From the NCBI GenBank assembly GCA_964638715.1, contig CAZWZF010000020.1, positions 6,653 to 70,652 of the forward strand: DNA of 64,000 nt. The letters are read 5' to 3'. This document shows positions 43,406 through 52,947 of this stretch, piece after piece (position 1 is the first letter of the stretch; each line of letters opens with the position of its first letter). Source of the stretch: an uncultured bacterium (lineage in GTDB: Bacteria; Armatimonadota; Hebobacteria; CAIYQO01). Made by a program: the position numbers and the translations under genes. The notes beneath the pieces were generated by a model. It was not told the DNA's origin and searched no databases. It saw nothing but the letters and a program-made list of their open reading frames with translations.

Positions 43406-46099
43406 TCATACCGCCACAGCCTCATTAAGCTCTTCAATTAACCATTGCAGAACATCCGGCTGAAATACCCGTTGTGCCCGACCCAGCCCGCCGTGCTGCT
43501 CGAATACCGGAATAAGGTTAAGGTCATTTATATCTATGGTGAGATTTTCTACCAGGTGCTCGCGAATGTAACCAAGCCATGCCTGCTGTTCACTGGAGAA
43601 AGTTTTGCCTGTTGTCACCTGCTGCATAGCTTTATCAACGCGCTGTTCGGCGGTTAACAGCGGTTCTTCTTCGCGGGCGGCGTGTTTTACCATTGATATT
43701 ATATCTGCCAGCGCGATATGATACACTTCGCTGTGCGCGTCGCGCAATGCCGATTCCGGGAATCCCTGCATACCTAATTTTATTCTCAAATCATCCAGCA
43801 CTTCCGGCCGCCAACCGGCAGGACGTTTTAATAGAACCTGCAACCCGTCTATTTCATCGCGTTTTTCATTCACAAAACGGCTGAATGCAGTCAGGTAATC
43901 CTCGGGTTTAAGGGTGTTATCGCCAACGCGGAAAATGCGCTCTGACACGACGTTATCCTGTATATCGTTGGCAATCCAAAATGACCGTGGCGCGCGTTCG
44001 TAATTCACCAATAATTTCTGAAAATCAGAATTTCGCAGAAGATTCATTGTATCAATAAAGTTTCTATCCAGTCTTCCCGGCAATTCATTGGCAAATAGTT
44101 CCATATTGCCGTCGGATATTCCCCACTGCGCAAATGCGATACGGGCATTCCCGCTCATATCGCGGCTAATCCGGCGTAAGCGTTTTTGCAATACCCGGAT
44201 ATGATATTCGCGCTCAACATTCTGGTAAATATTCTCAATTACCTGAACAATACCAAGCGGGTCTTTAGGCGGCAGCGTAATTTGAAAATCGGTGGCATTA
44301 CGGAAATATTCAATGAGAGTACCATCAAAACAATCAAAAACGGTAAAGTTTGTCTTGTTAATATCAGTACAAAGCCGCGTACCACGACCAAGCATCTGTG
44401 TCCAAAGAATGCGCGACTTAACCGGACGCAGGAAAACGATAAACTCCAATGCCGGAATATCAACACCGGTGGAAAGCATATCAACGGTGACAACAATTTT
44501 TGGATTAGGTCGGTTGCGAAATTCGCGAATACGCTGCAAAGGACGGTCAACAGTGGGACTGCCGGTGATTTTCTGTACAAATTCATCACCGCGCTTGAAA
44601 ATATCGCGGCACTGCTGCACCAATTGGTCGGCATGCGAGGTATGCGGCAAATCGTTAGCCGCAAAAATCAGCATTTTGGGAAAACGCCCGGTTTCTTCCT
44701 CATGCCTCAGCGCATAACCAGCGATTTCCTGCATAATGCGCCGATTGCTGTCAGGTGCGGTAATGCGTGATTCGATATCAGAGGTATCAAATTGCCGTTC
44801 ATCTTCCAACCTGTCCTGAAACAAAGTGCCGGTTTCAGGATTAACAACCCCAACATTATCACCCTCGCGCAGAAAAACACCGTTCATGCGGACATCAGAA
44901 TGTATGCGCACAGCATCATAATCAACAAGATAACCATCTGCTATCGCTTCTTCAGTGGTATAGCGGTAAACAGGTTCGCCAAACAGGTTTACCGTATGAC
45001 TTGCCGGTGTCGCGGTAAGCCCAATCTTCAGCGCGTCAAAATGATCCATCACCTGCCGCCATATACCGAGTTCCTGCGAGGTATAACCACGGTGACACTC
45101 ATCAGCAATTATCACATCAAATGCAGATATTGGAATATCAAGAATATTTGCGTCTTCTTCTAAATCCGGGTCATTGGCATTTTGAGCGAATGAGTATTGA
45201 GGGCCATAAAGATTAATCGCCATCCGCTGAATAGTTGAAACGTATACGAAGGTTTGAGATTCTTTAGGCGAAGTCAGATAACTACCGGGCAAAACTTTCG
45301 GGTCGAAGGTTTGATTATCAGAATCTTCCAAATCTTCACGGCGAAATTGCTGATGAAAAACTTCGTATTCCTGATTGAACTTATTGCCATGTTGAGTTTG
45401 AAAAGAAGCAAATGCCATGACAGCCTGTGCCGCCAATGCGCGACGGTCTACCAGGAAAAGGATTCTCTTTGCAACTGTGGATTTCAACAAACGATATATC
45501 TGTGCAACCGTGGTGAATGTTTTCCCGGTACCGGTCGCCATAGCAACAAGAAAAGAACGCTGGCCACGGGTAATGCCATCTTCAACAGCTTCAATTGCTT
45601 CACGCTGATAATTTCGTATGCCTTGAATATTAACAGGATTATTGGCGAACCAATCATTTCGCGTTGAATGTGAAAACATCTCTTCGAGTGCGTGAATATT
45701 GTGATAATTTGCTAATCGCCGCGACATGGCACGGTCGTCGCGTATATCAATAAACCAGATAGTTTCGCCATTGGTAGAGTAGAGGAAGGGAACGCCGTAT
45801 TCACCCCATTTTCCTGCGTTGTTATGAATACCGCGGGAATAACGTTTTGCCTGTTCGAGAACATTATAAGGGTCTAATGCAACCTTTTTTGCTTCTATAA
45901 TCCCAAGAATTTTGCCATTTACAAAAAGTGCATAATCAGCCGGTCCGCTATCTGTCGGATATTCTTCAACAGCAACACCATGAAGACACGAACAATCCAG
46001 ACCATCCTGATACCGGATGATCTTCCATGGTGGGGTCATAGATTTCAAGCGGGCATCTATTCGCTTTTTTCTGGTTAGTTTCTCCGACTCATCAAACAT
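43406..46099 (-). CDS. hsdR: Type I restriction enzyme endonuclease/helicase subunit HsdR
   Basis: 897 aa with an N-terminal PD-(D/E)xK region (...YALFVNGKILGIIEAKK...), SF2 helicase motifs (MATGTGKTFT, DECHRG, TATP) and a C-terminal HsdR helical domain. Confidence 0.9.
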   Translation of the reverse strand: MFDESEKLTRKKRIDARLKSMTPPWKIIRYQDGLDCSCLHGVAVEEYPTDSGPADYALFVNGKILGIIEAKKVALDPYNVLEQAKRYSRGIHNNAGKWGEYGVPFLYSTNGETIWFIDIRDDRAMSRRLANYHNIHALEEMFSHSTRNDWFANNPVNIQGIRNYQREAIEAVEDGITRGQRSFLVAMATGTGKTFTTVAQIYRLLKSTVAKRILFLVDRRALAAQAVMAFASFQTQHGNKFNQEYEVFHQQFRREDLEDSDNQTFDPKVLPGSYLTSPKESQTFVYVSTIQRMAINLYGPQYSFAQNANDPDLEEDANILDIPISAFDVIIADECHRGYTSQELGIWRQVMDHFDALKIGLTATPASHTVNLFGEPVYRYTTEEAIADGYLVDYDAVRIHSDVRMNGVFLREGDNVGVVNPETGTLFQDRLEDERQFDTSDIESRITAPDSNRRIMQEIAGYALRHEEETGRFPKMLIFAANDLPHTSHADQLVQQCRDIFKRGDEFVQKITGSPTVDRPLQRIREFRNRPNPKIVVTVDMLSTGVDIPALEFIVFLRPVKSRILWTQMLGRGTRLCTDINKTNFTVFDCFDGTLIEYFRNATDFQITLPPKDPLGIVQVIENIYQNVEREYHIRVLQKRLRRISRDMSGNARIAFAQWGISDGNMELFANELPGRLDRNFIDTMNLLRNSDFQKLLVNYERAPRSFWIANDIQDNVVSERIFRVGDNTLKPEDYLTAFSRFVNEKRDEIDGLQVLLKRPAGWRPEVLDDLRIKLGMQGFPESALRDAHSEVYHIALADIISMVKHAAREEEPLLTAEQRVDKAMQQVTTGKTFSSEQQAWLGYIREHLVENLTIDINDLNLIPVFEQHGGLGRAQRVFQPDVLQWLIEELNEAVAV

Positions 46100-46215
46100 A
46101 TATCATCCTGCTGCAACATTCAATTGCTAAAATTATTATTCAACGCAACTATATTAGTATCCTTTTATTACAGATAGGAATTGTGCTCTTACAGAGCGTA
46201 TTCTTTGTGATGGTA

Positions 46216-46257
46216 CCAAATCCCAGCGGCGTTGCCGTGGGCTATGGAATTGATTTT
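46216..46257. repeat. REP-like palindromic unit (inverted copy) just upstream of hsdR, at the right boundary of the R-M island
   Basis: The reverse complement reads caattccatagcccacggcaacgccgctgggatttgg. Compare atagcccacagcaacgctgtgggtctgattt at 37714 and aattccatagcccatagcatcgctctcaccc at about 11609. Confidence 0.45.
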
Positions 46258-46373
46258 GTTATCACTTTTGTTGGTAAAATGATAAATTTATTATAATCCG
46301 CCGGGCTCTCGCCCAGTTCCAAACGGAGACTGACTGTTGATAAGCTATTTTATAAATTCGGGTACTTTCACCC

Positions 46374-47537
46374 TTACACCAACACCTTCCCAATCCTACC
46401 CAAACAATCCGACAGCACTGCGTGGCTGGTGGCGTAGTTCATGCGCAGGAAGCCTTCTCCTGTTTTGCCGAATACGGTGCCGGAGGTGAGGCGAACGTGG
46501 GCATCGCGAAGGAGTGTGGCGGATAGTTCTTCGCTGGTTTTACCGAGTTGGCGGCAATCGAGCCAGGCGAGGTAGGAGCCTTCCGGTTCTATCAGGTTGA
46601 TGCCGTCTTTATCCGCAAAGAAATCTCGCATTATTGTTCGGCTGGTATCGAGATATTTCAGCAGATTTTCGAGCCAGTCGTCGCAATTGGTGTATGCCTG
46701 CTCCAGTGCGATGTTGGCGAACAGGTTCTGGTGGGTGTTGCCGGCGCCGGTGTTCTCGCGGCGTATCTTTTCGCGAAAAACGGGATTCTGGATTATTTCA
46801 TAAGATATATTCAAACCGGCAATATTGAATGTTTTGCTGGGAGAAAAACAGGTGATGCTGTTTTGCGCAAAATCATCATTTAGCGATGCAAACGGGGTAT
46901 ATGGATGGTTCCAGGTAAAGTCGGCATGAATGTCGTCGGAGATTACGATGACGCCATTTTCCAGGCAGATATTCCCTAATTGGATGAGTTCATCAGCAGT
47001 CCACACCCGACCTACCGGATTGTGGGGGTTGCAGAGAATGAGCAGTTTCGCGTCCTTTGCCTGTTGTGCCAGCGAGTCAAAATCCATGCTGTATTTGCCA
47101 TCTGCCAGCAACAGAGTATTTTCCACCACCACCCGCTGGTTATCCTCTACCACAGTGAAAAATGGACGATAAACCGGGGGTTGGATGATAACCTTGTCAC
47201 CCGGTTGCGACAACGCGCGAATGATAGTGCAGAGAGAGGTAACAACTCCCTGATTCATCGATATCATGCTTTTATTTATTTTCAAACCGTATTGCCTTGC
47301 TGTCCAGGCGGCAATGGTATCGAGAAAAGTATCTGAATGACCGGTGTAACCGTAAATGTCGTGGGCAATCCGCGCCGCCAGTGCCGATGATATAGCAGGC
47401 GCAACCGAATATTCCATATCCGCAAGGCACATGGCAACGGCATCGTCAGACGACAATCCCTTCCATTTGATGCTATTGGTATTTCTGCGATTTAAAATAG
47501 TGTCAAAATCATTCATAAGAGATATCCTTTCCGCCAA
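46374..47537 (-). CDS. MalY/PatB-family PLP-dependent C-S lyase (class I/II aminotransferase fold)
   Basis: ...FDTILNRRNTNSIKW... N-terminus and the PLP-lysine block SPSKTFNIAGL. A possible alternative start is the internal Met at 47516. Confidence 0.8.
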   Translation of the reverse strand: MAERISLMNDFDTILNRRNTNSIKWKGLSSDDAVAMCLADMEYSVAPAISSALAARIAHDIYGYTGHSDTFLDTIAAWTARQYGLKINKSMISMNQGVVTSLCTIIRALSQPGDKVIIQPPVYRPFFTVVEDNQRVVVENTLLLADGKYSMDFDSLAQQAKDAKLLILCNPHNPVGRVWTADELIQLGNICLENGVIVISDDIHADFTWNHPYTPFASLNDDFAQNSITCFSPSKTFNIAGLNISYEIIQNPVFREKIRRENTGAGNTHQNLFANIALEQAYTNCDDWLENLLKYLDTSRTIMRDFFADKDGINLIEPEGSYLAWLDCRQLGKTSEELSATLLRDAHVRLTSGTVFGKTGEGFLRMNYATSHAVLSDCLGRIGKVLV

Positions 47538-47640
47538 CTTATTTTATCATTGTTACGGGGGAAAGGATAAGGGGGTAAGGTGATAGGGTCTTAGGTGTTA
47601 GGGTTTTCAGTTTTCAGTTTTCAGTTTTCAGTGTTAGTCA

Positions 47641-47790
47641 CTTGGCCCCATCCCCAAACCCCTTCCCCGAAGGAGAAGGGGCTTATAGATGATAGTTTTA
47701 AGATAAAATGATAGACTGTCCATAAAAACGGGGCAACATCAGCCCCTCTCCCGCTGGGGAGGGGTTGGGGAGGGGCTTATAGGTGGTAAG
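47641..47790. repeat. Degenerate family-C-like palindromic element in the aminotransferase/araC intergenic region
   Basis: ccccatccccaaaccccttccccgaaggagaaggggcttatag ... cccctctcccgctggggaggggttggggaggggcttatag has G/C-rich inverted arms related to family C. It is flanked by a TTAGGG-like inverted pair (47571-47610 and 47806-47845) and a (TTTTCAG)x4 tandem at about 47605-47632. Confidence 0.45.
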
Positions 47791-47885
47791 CAAACATCAT
47801 GTAAAACCTAAGAACCTAATACCTACCCCCTTACCCCTATCCCTTGCAAAAGGTTTTCCCCGCCTGATACAGAATAATTTTACCC

Positions 47886-48707
47886 ATGTTGGCTTTGGGG
47901 AATATTTTATTACAAATATATGATGCTAAATGGGCGGAGTTAACGCCGGAGTCGTGGCAGCGGCAATACATGGGTGATGTATTCTGGCGATTTTATCAGC
48001 ATAATGGCAATGGCGCTTATGTGCGGTCGAGTGATGTCACCCTGGAAATGACCACAGGTAGGATATATCTTATCCCGGCGGGTGTCAGGTTTGACTATTG
48101 GACTTCGCAAAAATGCGGGCAATTTTACGTTCATTTTGACTTGCCGGGAATATCGCGACCGGTATATTCAGAGTTATGCGACCGACCGGTGGCGGTGCGC
48201 AATGACCATGAATTGCAACATAACGCGGCGAAATTTGGACGATATATTCAAAACGGCGGCATCATGACATCATCGCGGGAATGTCAATTAAAGTCAGTGC
48301 TTTACGGCGCTTTGGCGCATTATTTTGACGATATCCCGGAAGAAAGATTCACTCGAGCACTGCACCGCGCGACATTTATGCAGCCAATCGGCCCGGCGAT
48401 AAAATATATTGAAGAAAATTACTCACGGCAAATAACCATCACCGAACTGGCAGAGATCTGCTGTCTGTCACCACAGCATTTTGTGCGAAAATTTGGCCAG
48501 GCCACCGGAATAACGCCAATACAGCACCTGCACACCCAGCGTGTTGGCGCGGCAGCAAAACTGCTGCTGTCTACCGATATCACTATTGACGAAATCGCGC
48601 TGCGAGTGGGATTTCACACCCGGGAATACCTGACGCGGATATTCACCCGCCACACCAGCATGTCGCCGGCAGCATACAGAAACACAATGAAAGCGAAACT
48701 AAAATGA
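47886..48707 (+). CDS. AraC-family transcriptional regulator
   Basis: An N-terminal cupin-like sensor domain and a C-terminal double HTH (ITITELAEICCLSPQHFVRKFGQATGITPIQHLHTQRVGAAAKLL...IDEIALRVGFHTREYLTRIFTRHTSMSPAAYR). Confidence 0.8.
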   Translation: MLALGNILLQIYDAKWAELTPESWQRQYMGDVFWRFYQHNGNGAYVRSSDVTLEMTTGRIYLIPAGVRFDYWTSQKCGQFYVHFDLPGISRPVYSELCDRPVAVRNDHELQHNAAKFGRYIQNGGIMTSSRECQLKSVLYGALAHYFDDIPEERFTRALHRATFMQPIGPAIKYIEENYSRQITITELAEICCLSPQHFVRKFGQATGITPIQHLHTQRVGAAAKLLLSTDITIDEIALRVGFHTREYLTRIFTRHTSMSPAAYRNTMKAKLK

Positions 48708-49312
48708 GCCTGTTCGATGATTTCTTTCGTACTAAAGAACCCCCGAAAAAACAAATAATAGATGTTCGCGAGGAGATAATGCCGGTAATCGTCAGCCTGG
48801 TCAAAGATATACCATTGTTATCTCATATCGACACCCGGCGCATTCGGTTATACGCCACCCAGGCGCGAACAGATAGTAAACACGGATCTTACGCAAAAAT
48901 TGTTCCGATGCGATTCCCGGACGGCAAACCATCCAGAACAAAGAAAACCCATACCGAAACCATCCAACAAATATCCGGACCGGATGGTGATATCCTGTAC
49001 CTGATTTACCTGTATGTTCCGCGCTTTTTAGAAGTAACCCTGGAAGAAAAAATGCTGACCCTTATCCACGAACTGTACCATATCAGCCCGGCATGCGACG
49101 GAACCATAAGAAAAGTAGGTCGCGGCGCCCACGGCCATTCCCGCGAGTCGTTCAACAACATGCTGAAACCGATAGTCCGTGAATATCTGCTGCACCATAA
49201 ACCGGAAGATATAACCATACTGCTGCGGGAAAAATACTCGACAATAGAAAAACAATACGAAATAACTTACCCCTCACTGCCTATGCCAAAGATAAGGGTG
49301 CATAGGTTGTAG
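48704..49312 (+). CDS. Putative HExxH zinc metallopeptidase (SprT/DUF45-like)
   Basis: 202 aa with HELYHI (HExxH) at about aa 122. It overlaps the araC stop by 4 nt (ATGA). The family assignment is tentative. Confidence 0.5.
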   Translation: MSLFDDFFRTKEPPKKQIIDVREEIMPVIVSLVKDIPLLSHIDTRRIRLYATQARTDSKHGSYAKIVPMRFPDGKPSRTKKTHTETIQQISGPDGDILYLIYLYVPRFLEVTLEEKMLTLIHELYHISPACDGTIRKVGRGAHGHSRESFNNMLKPIVREYLLHHKPEDITILLREKYSTIEKQYEITYPSLPMPKIRVHRL

Positions 49313-49444
49313 TTTTCATTTTACATCGATTTACAGAATTGAAAGGATAAAGACAAGGGATAACAAAAGTAATTTTTAATTTGCACAGCCAATTGCAAAA
49401 CTTATTTTATCAAATGTTTATGTTGAAGTTTTTTTGTAGTTGAA

Positions 49445-49586
49445 AACCACCCCGACCTTCGGCCACCCCTCCTTGGCAAGGAGGGGAATTTAAAATGAAG
49501 GTTTTGATTATGAAAGCAGCCATTATTTTATCAAGTAACTATCATAACTCCCCTCCTTGCCAAGGAGGGGGTAGGGGGTGGTTTGG
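49445..49586. repeat. MITE-like element, family C, copy 2 (about 142 bp)
   Basis: aaaccaccccgaccttcggccacccctccttggcaaggaggggaattt ... aactcccctccttgccaaggagggggtagggggtggtttgg has the same TIR family as 27637-27833. It lies between the metallopeptidase gene and feoA. Confidence 0.55.
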
Positions 49587-49634
49587 TTGATAATATAATC
49601 AATATAGTTTTGCAAGAACCTTCGTAATTATTAA

Positions 49635-49952
49635 TTACTTCTTATTCACCACAGTATGCAAAACATGGTGTTTGGCATCATGGGTGCTTTTATCTACCGG
49701 TATGTAAATTATTATCTCCTGCGCCAATTCTGCATCGATAGCTACCTGGGTGTGTCCGATGCGGAAAAGGATGCCGGGGTAGGTTTGTTGTACTGTTACC
49801 CGCATACCCGGCAAGACACCCAACGCCATTAATTTGTGCATGGTCTGGTTATTTTTTGACAATAAAGATACGATAATTCCGTGCTGACCTGACCTTAACT
49901 TGCTAAGAGGAATTAATCCTGCCGCGTCATATTTTTCTTCTATTTTTTCCAT
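49635..49952 (-). CDS. feoA: FeoA family protein
   Basis: 105 aa with an SH3-like FeoA pattern (LSKLRSGQHGIIVSL...LMALGVLPGMRVTV). It is the last gene of the dtxR-feoB operon. Confidence 0.7.
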   Translation of the reverse strand: MEKIEEKYDAAGLIPLSKLRSGQHGIIVSLLSKNNQTMHKLMALGVLPGMRVTVQQTYPGILFRIGHTQVAIDAELAQEIIIYIPVDKSTHDAKHHVLHTVVNKK

Positions 49953-50161
49953 ATTTTTTTCACCATTTCAGTTGCTTTATTGTATGCTGCCGCTATCTTT
50001 GCGGGTAATACTGCCGGAGCAGGAACTTCGTAACTGCACTTCGGACATTTCAATTTAGTACAGCCACCGGATAACCCTTTGCAACCGGCACAGGAATATT
50101 TGCTTTCTTTCACTGTATATACATTGCCGCAAAACGGGCAGGTTACGTTGCCATCGCTCAT
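49940..50161 (-). CDS. Small double zinc-ribbon protein coupled to feoB
   Basis: 73 aa MSDGNVTCPFCGNVYTVKESKYSCAGCKGLSGGCTKLKCPKCSYEV... with CxxC...CxxC...CxxC pairs. Its ATG overlaps the feoB TGA (ATGA). The track ORF starts further upstream, inside feoB. Confidence 0.5.
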   Translation of the reverse strand: MSDGNVTCPFCGNVYTVKESKYSCAGCKGLSGGCTKLKCPKCSYEVPAPAVLPAKIAAAYNKATEMVKKIWKK

Positions 50162-52113
50162 AATTGTACCCCCAGCGTAGTGATTGCCATATTCACCAGG
50201 TAGCCAATAATGAAGGCATACGGAAAAATGAACGCCGCCATTCCCAACGCCATTCCCCATCCGCGTTCTTTAATAGCCACGGCAAATTGCGCGACGCACG
50301 GCATAAATAGCGCCATTGTCACCACTGCTACGATTAACTGCTGGCTTTGCAGAATATGATGCTGATGCAGGTCATACAAACCGGCGGCGCCATAATCACG
50401 GCGAAAGAAACCATAAAGAAACGATACTGCGGCTTCTTTTGGCAAACCAATCCATTGCACCGGATAGCTCATCCAACTCACCAATATATCAAACAACCCG
50501 GTCAGCCGACCCACCCAGATGAATACAGATGCCAGTATGAATAACGGCAGGATTTCCTTTAGATACCACTCAACCCGAGTGTAGGTTTTCACCATTACAT
50601 TTTTAAAAGTAGGTACTCGCAGCGGCGGTATTTCCATGTAAAATATCGGCTTTTCACCCGGCAAAAATTGCGCGGTAAGGAAACCGATAAGCAGGAAATT
50701 TGCCGCCATCACCACGATAAATATCCATAATGACAAAATATGCCCGCCCAGCAACGCGAGAATAACCCCCATCTGTGCGGAACATGGTATGGTCAGCGCC
50801 AACAGGAAAGTTGCGATAATTCGTTCGCGGCGGGATTCAAGAGTGCGGGTTACGATGGTAGCCATCGTCGCACAGCCAAAACCCAACACCATCGGTATCA
50901 CAGCGCGTCCATTAAGACCGATAGCCTTGAAAATACGGTCGATTAACATTGCCAGACGCGGCATATATCCGCTGTCTTCCATGATAGAAAATACGATGAA
51001 AAATGTCGTTACTATCGGCAATATTATGGCGAAGGCATATCGCAAACCGAGGGTGAATATGCCGTATTCATTCACAAATAAATCGCGGCCAACCTGCCAG
51101 GGGATTATTGAATTGATAAAATGAGTCACCGGCGGCAGCAAGTACTTGCCAAATACCACCGTTTCAAGATAATTCACCGCGAACTGTGCGCCAAATACTC
51201 CGACTATTTCATAAAAGACGAATAAGATTGCCAGTAAAATCGGGATTCCCCACAATGGGTGCATCATCATTCGGCTCATTCTCTCGCGAAAATCAATTTT
51301 AGATGGCGTATCATCAACAACAACTGATTTCAGGATTTCCTGCACCGCGCGCTGGCGCGACATGGTGATGTAATATGTCAGCGGATACTCGCCGCCAGTG
51401 GTTGTCTGTGCAATTATTTCCGCAACAGTATTGTAGTCATCACCCATGCGGTCTTGCAGAATTTCTACAACTTCGCGGTCATCCTGCAATGCCAGAAGAG
51501 CGGTTGCCCGCGATGACATCGGCATGATACCAGCCGGCAATAACGCAGTAATTTTCGCCAATGCGTCTTCAACGAACGAGTCATATTCTATCTTTATGGT
51601 ATCTTTAACATACTGGAATTTCGCGATTGCCTCTTTAATTTTATCAATACCGATGCCACTGGGGGCAATAGTGCTGATAACGGGTATCTGCAGCTTTTTG
51701 CTCAATTCATCGACATTTATGGTCATCCCGACCTTTTCTGCTTCATCCATCAGGTTCAGCACCAGTATCACCGGCAAACCAGCTTCCAACAACTGCATGG
51801 TGAATCCCAGCATTCGCTCAATATTCTTTGCGTCGGCTACATGAATGATTACTTCCGGTGATTCCTCAAATATGATAGACCGCGCCACTCGTTCTTCCTC
51901 GGTTATCGGCATGAAAGAATACATCCCCGGCGTGTCGCAGATTTCATATTCTTTATCAGTCTTCATCTTCCCGCGGGTTATCTCAACGGTGGTTCCCGGA
52001 TAATTTGCCACCACTGCGTATGTCCCCGTCAGTTGACCGAACACCACCGACTTTCCAACATTCGGTGTGCCAACCAGCGCTATTTTATTAATATCTTTTT
52101 GTATTTTATTCAT
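50158..52113 (-). CDS. feoB: Ferrous iron transport protein B (FeoB)
   Basis: 651 aa with an N-terminal G-domain (IALVGTPNVGKSVVFGQLTG, DTPG, NLMD) followed by the polytopic FeoB membrane domain. Confidence 0.9.
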   Translation of the reverse strand: MNKIQKDINKIALVGTPNVGKSVVFGQLTGTYAVVANYPGTTVEITRGKMKTDKEYEICDTPGMYSFMPITEEERVARSIIFEESPEVIIHVADAKNIERMLGFTMQLLEAGLPVILVLNLMDEAEKVGMTINVDELSKKLQIPVISTIAPSGIGIDKIKEAIAKFQYVKDTIKIEYDSFVEDALAKITALLPAGIMPMSSRATALLALQDDREVVEILQDRMGDDYNTVAEIIAQTTTGGEYPLTYYITMSRQRAVQEILKSVVVDDTPSKIDFRERMSRMMMHPLWGIPILLAILFVFYEIVGVFGAQFAVNYLETVVFGKYLLPPVTHFINSIIPWQVGRDLFVNEYGIFTLGLRYAFAIILPIVTTFFIVFSIMEDSGYMPRLAMLIDRIFKAIGLNGRAVIPMVLGFGCATMATIVTRTLESRRERIIATFLLALTIPCSAQMGVILALLGGHILSLWIFIVVMAANFLLIGFLTAQFLPGEKPIFYMEIPPLRVPTFKNVMVKTYTRVEWYLKEILPLFILASVFIWVGRLTGLFDILVSWMSYPVQWIGLPKEAAVSFLYGFFRRDYGAAGLYDLHQHHILQSQQLIVAVVTMALFMPCVAQFAVAIKERGWGMALGMAAFIFPYAFIIGYLVNMAITTLGVQL

Positions 52114-52116
52114 ATC

Positions 52117-52803
52117 TTAATTTACAATTTTCACCATGATATGCCCGGCAGCTTCAACCGATAATGCCTGGCGTTCATTATTAACTTCAATCAGAAAAGG
52201 GCCATTCCCCGGTGCTATGTCAACAATCTTCACCATTTGCCCGGGGGTTATCTTCACACGTTCCAGATAGTTCAACAACTCATCATTTTCATCAGTTATG
52301 CAGCAAACCTCGCATTTGTTACCTATCGAAAATTCTGCCAGCGGTGATAAACCGTTATCCTCGCCTTTCTCGCCAGAAAGCGGATTGCCGTGTGGACAGG
52401 TAAGCGGGTTATTTAATGCCTTCAATAAATATGGCTCTATTTCTGCCGTTATGACATGTTCAAAACTGCATGCCAGCGAATGTGCCCGCGACCATGGCAT
52501 TTTCAAAAGGTCAGTCAGCATCCGTTCCGCCAACCGATGCCGTCGCCGCAAATTCATCGCCGCTCCTTCGCCGGTCGGAGTCAAAATCACCGGGCAGCGT
52601 TTTTCATATAATATTAATCCCATCTCTGACATTCGCTTCAGCATGCCAACAACCGACGGGGCGGCAACCTGCAACTCCCGCGCCAGTGTTGTTGCGGTAG
52701 GTGTTTCACCACGATCAAGTATGCGGCACAGCGCTTCAAGGTATTCTTCCATCGGCGCGCTGGGCCTATTTTCTATTGTCAGCAAATCAGTCTGTTTTAA
52801 CAT
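52117..52803 (-). CDS. DtxR/IdeR-family metal-dependent transcriptional regulator with a C-terminal FeoA(SH3-like) domain
   Basis: MEEYLEALCRIL...TATTLARELQVAAPSVVGMLKRM is the DtxR wHTH, followed by a dimerisation/metal-binding region and a C-terminal FeoA-like domain (VKITPGQMVKIVDI). The start was set to the ATG (MLKQ...) just downstream of a 20-bp palindrome. The track uses a TTG at 52836. Another possible start is M at 52752. Confidence 0.75.
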   Translation of the reverse strand: MLKQTDLLTIENRPSAPMEEYLEALCRILDRGETPTATTLARELQVAAPSVVGMLKRMSEMGLILYEKRCPVILTPTGEGAAMNLRRRHRLAERMLTDLLKMPWSRAHSLACSFEHVITAEIEPYLLKALNNPLTCPHGNPLSGEKGEDNGLSPLAEFSIGNKCEVCCITDENDELLNYLERVKITPGQMVKIVDIAPGNGPFLIEVNNERQALSVEAAGHIMVKIVN

Positions 52804-52816
52804 CGGATAACCCTTG

Positions 52817-52836
52817 TTGTTAGTGTGCACTAACAA
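52817..52836. promoter_or_regulatory. Candidate metalloregulator (DtxR-type) operator: a 20-bp perfect palindrome TTGTTAGTG-TG-CACTAACAA
   Basis: It lies about 14 nt upstream of the chosen dtxR-family start, in the divergent dtxR / PLD-nuclease intergenic region. A partial half-site repeat (acttagtgtg) follows about 8 nt further upstream. Its length and dyad symmetry match DtxR/IdeR-type iron boxes, although the sequence differs from the classical TTAGGTTAGCCTAACCTAA. Confidence 0.45.
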
Positions 52837-52947
52837 TACTACTTAGTGTGTATTTTTGTCAAGATAGTAATTGAAATAAATATAAAAAATAATCCTTCCC
52901 CTAACCGACAATAACGGTTACAATACAATATACCAATAGGAGCTATC

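Noticed and set aside
47605-47632. (TTTTCAG)x4 tandem repeat as a possible functional element
   Set aside because: It is short and embedded in a larger palindromic MITE-like block. Most likely it is part of that element rather than an independent regulatory repeat. Noted only as a curiosity.
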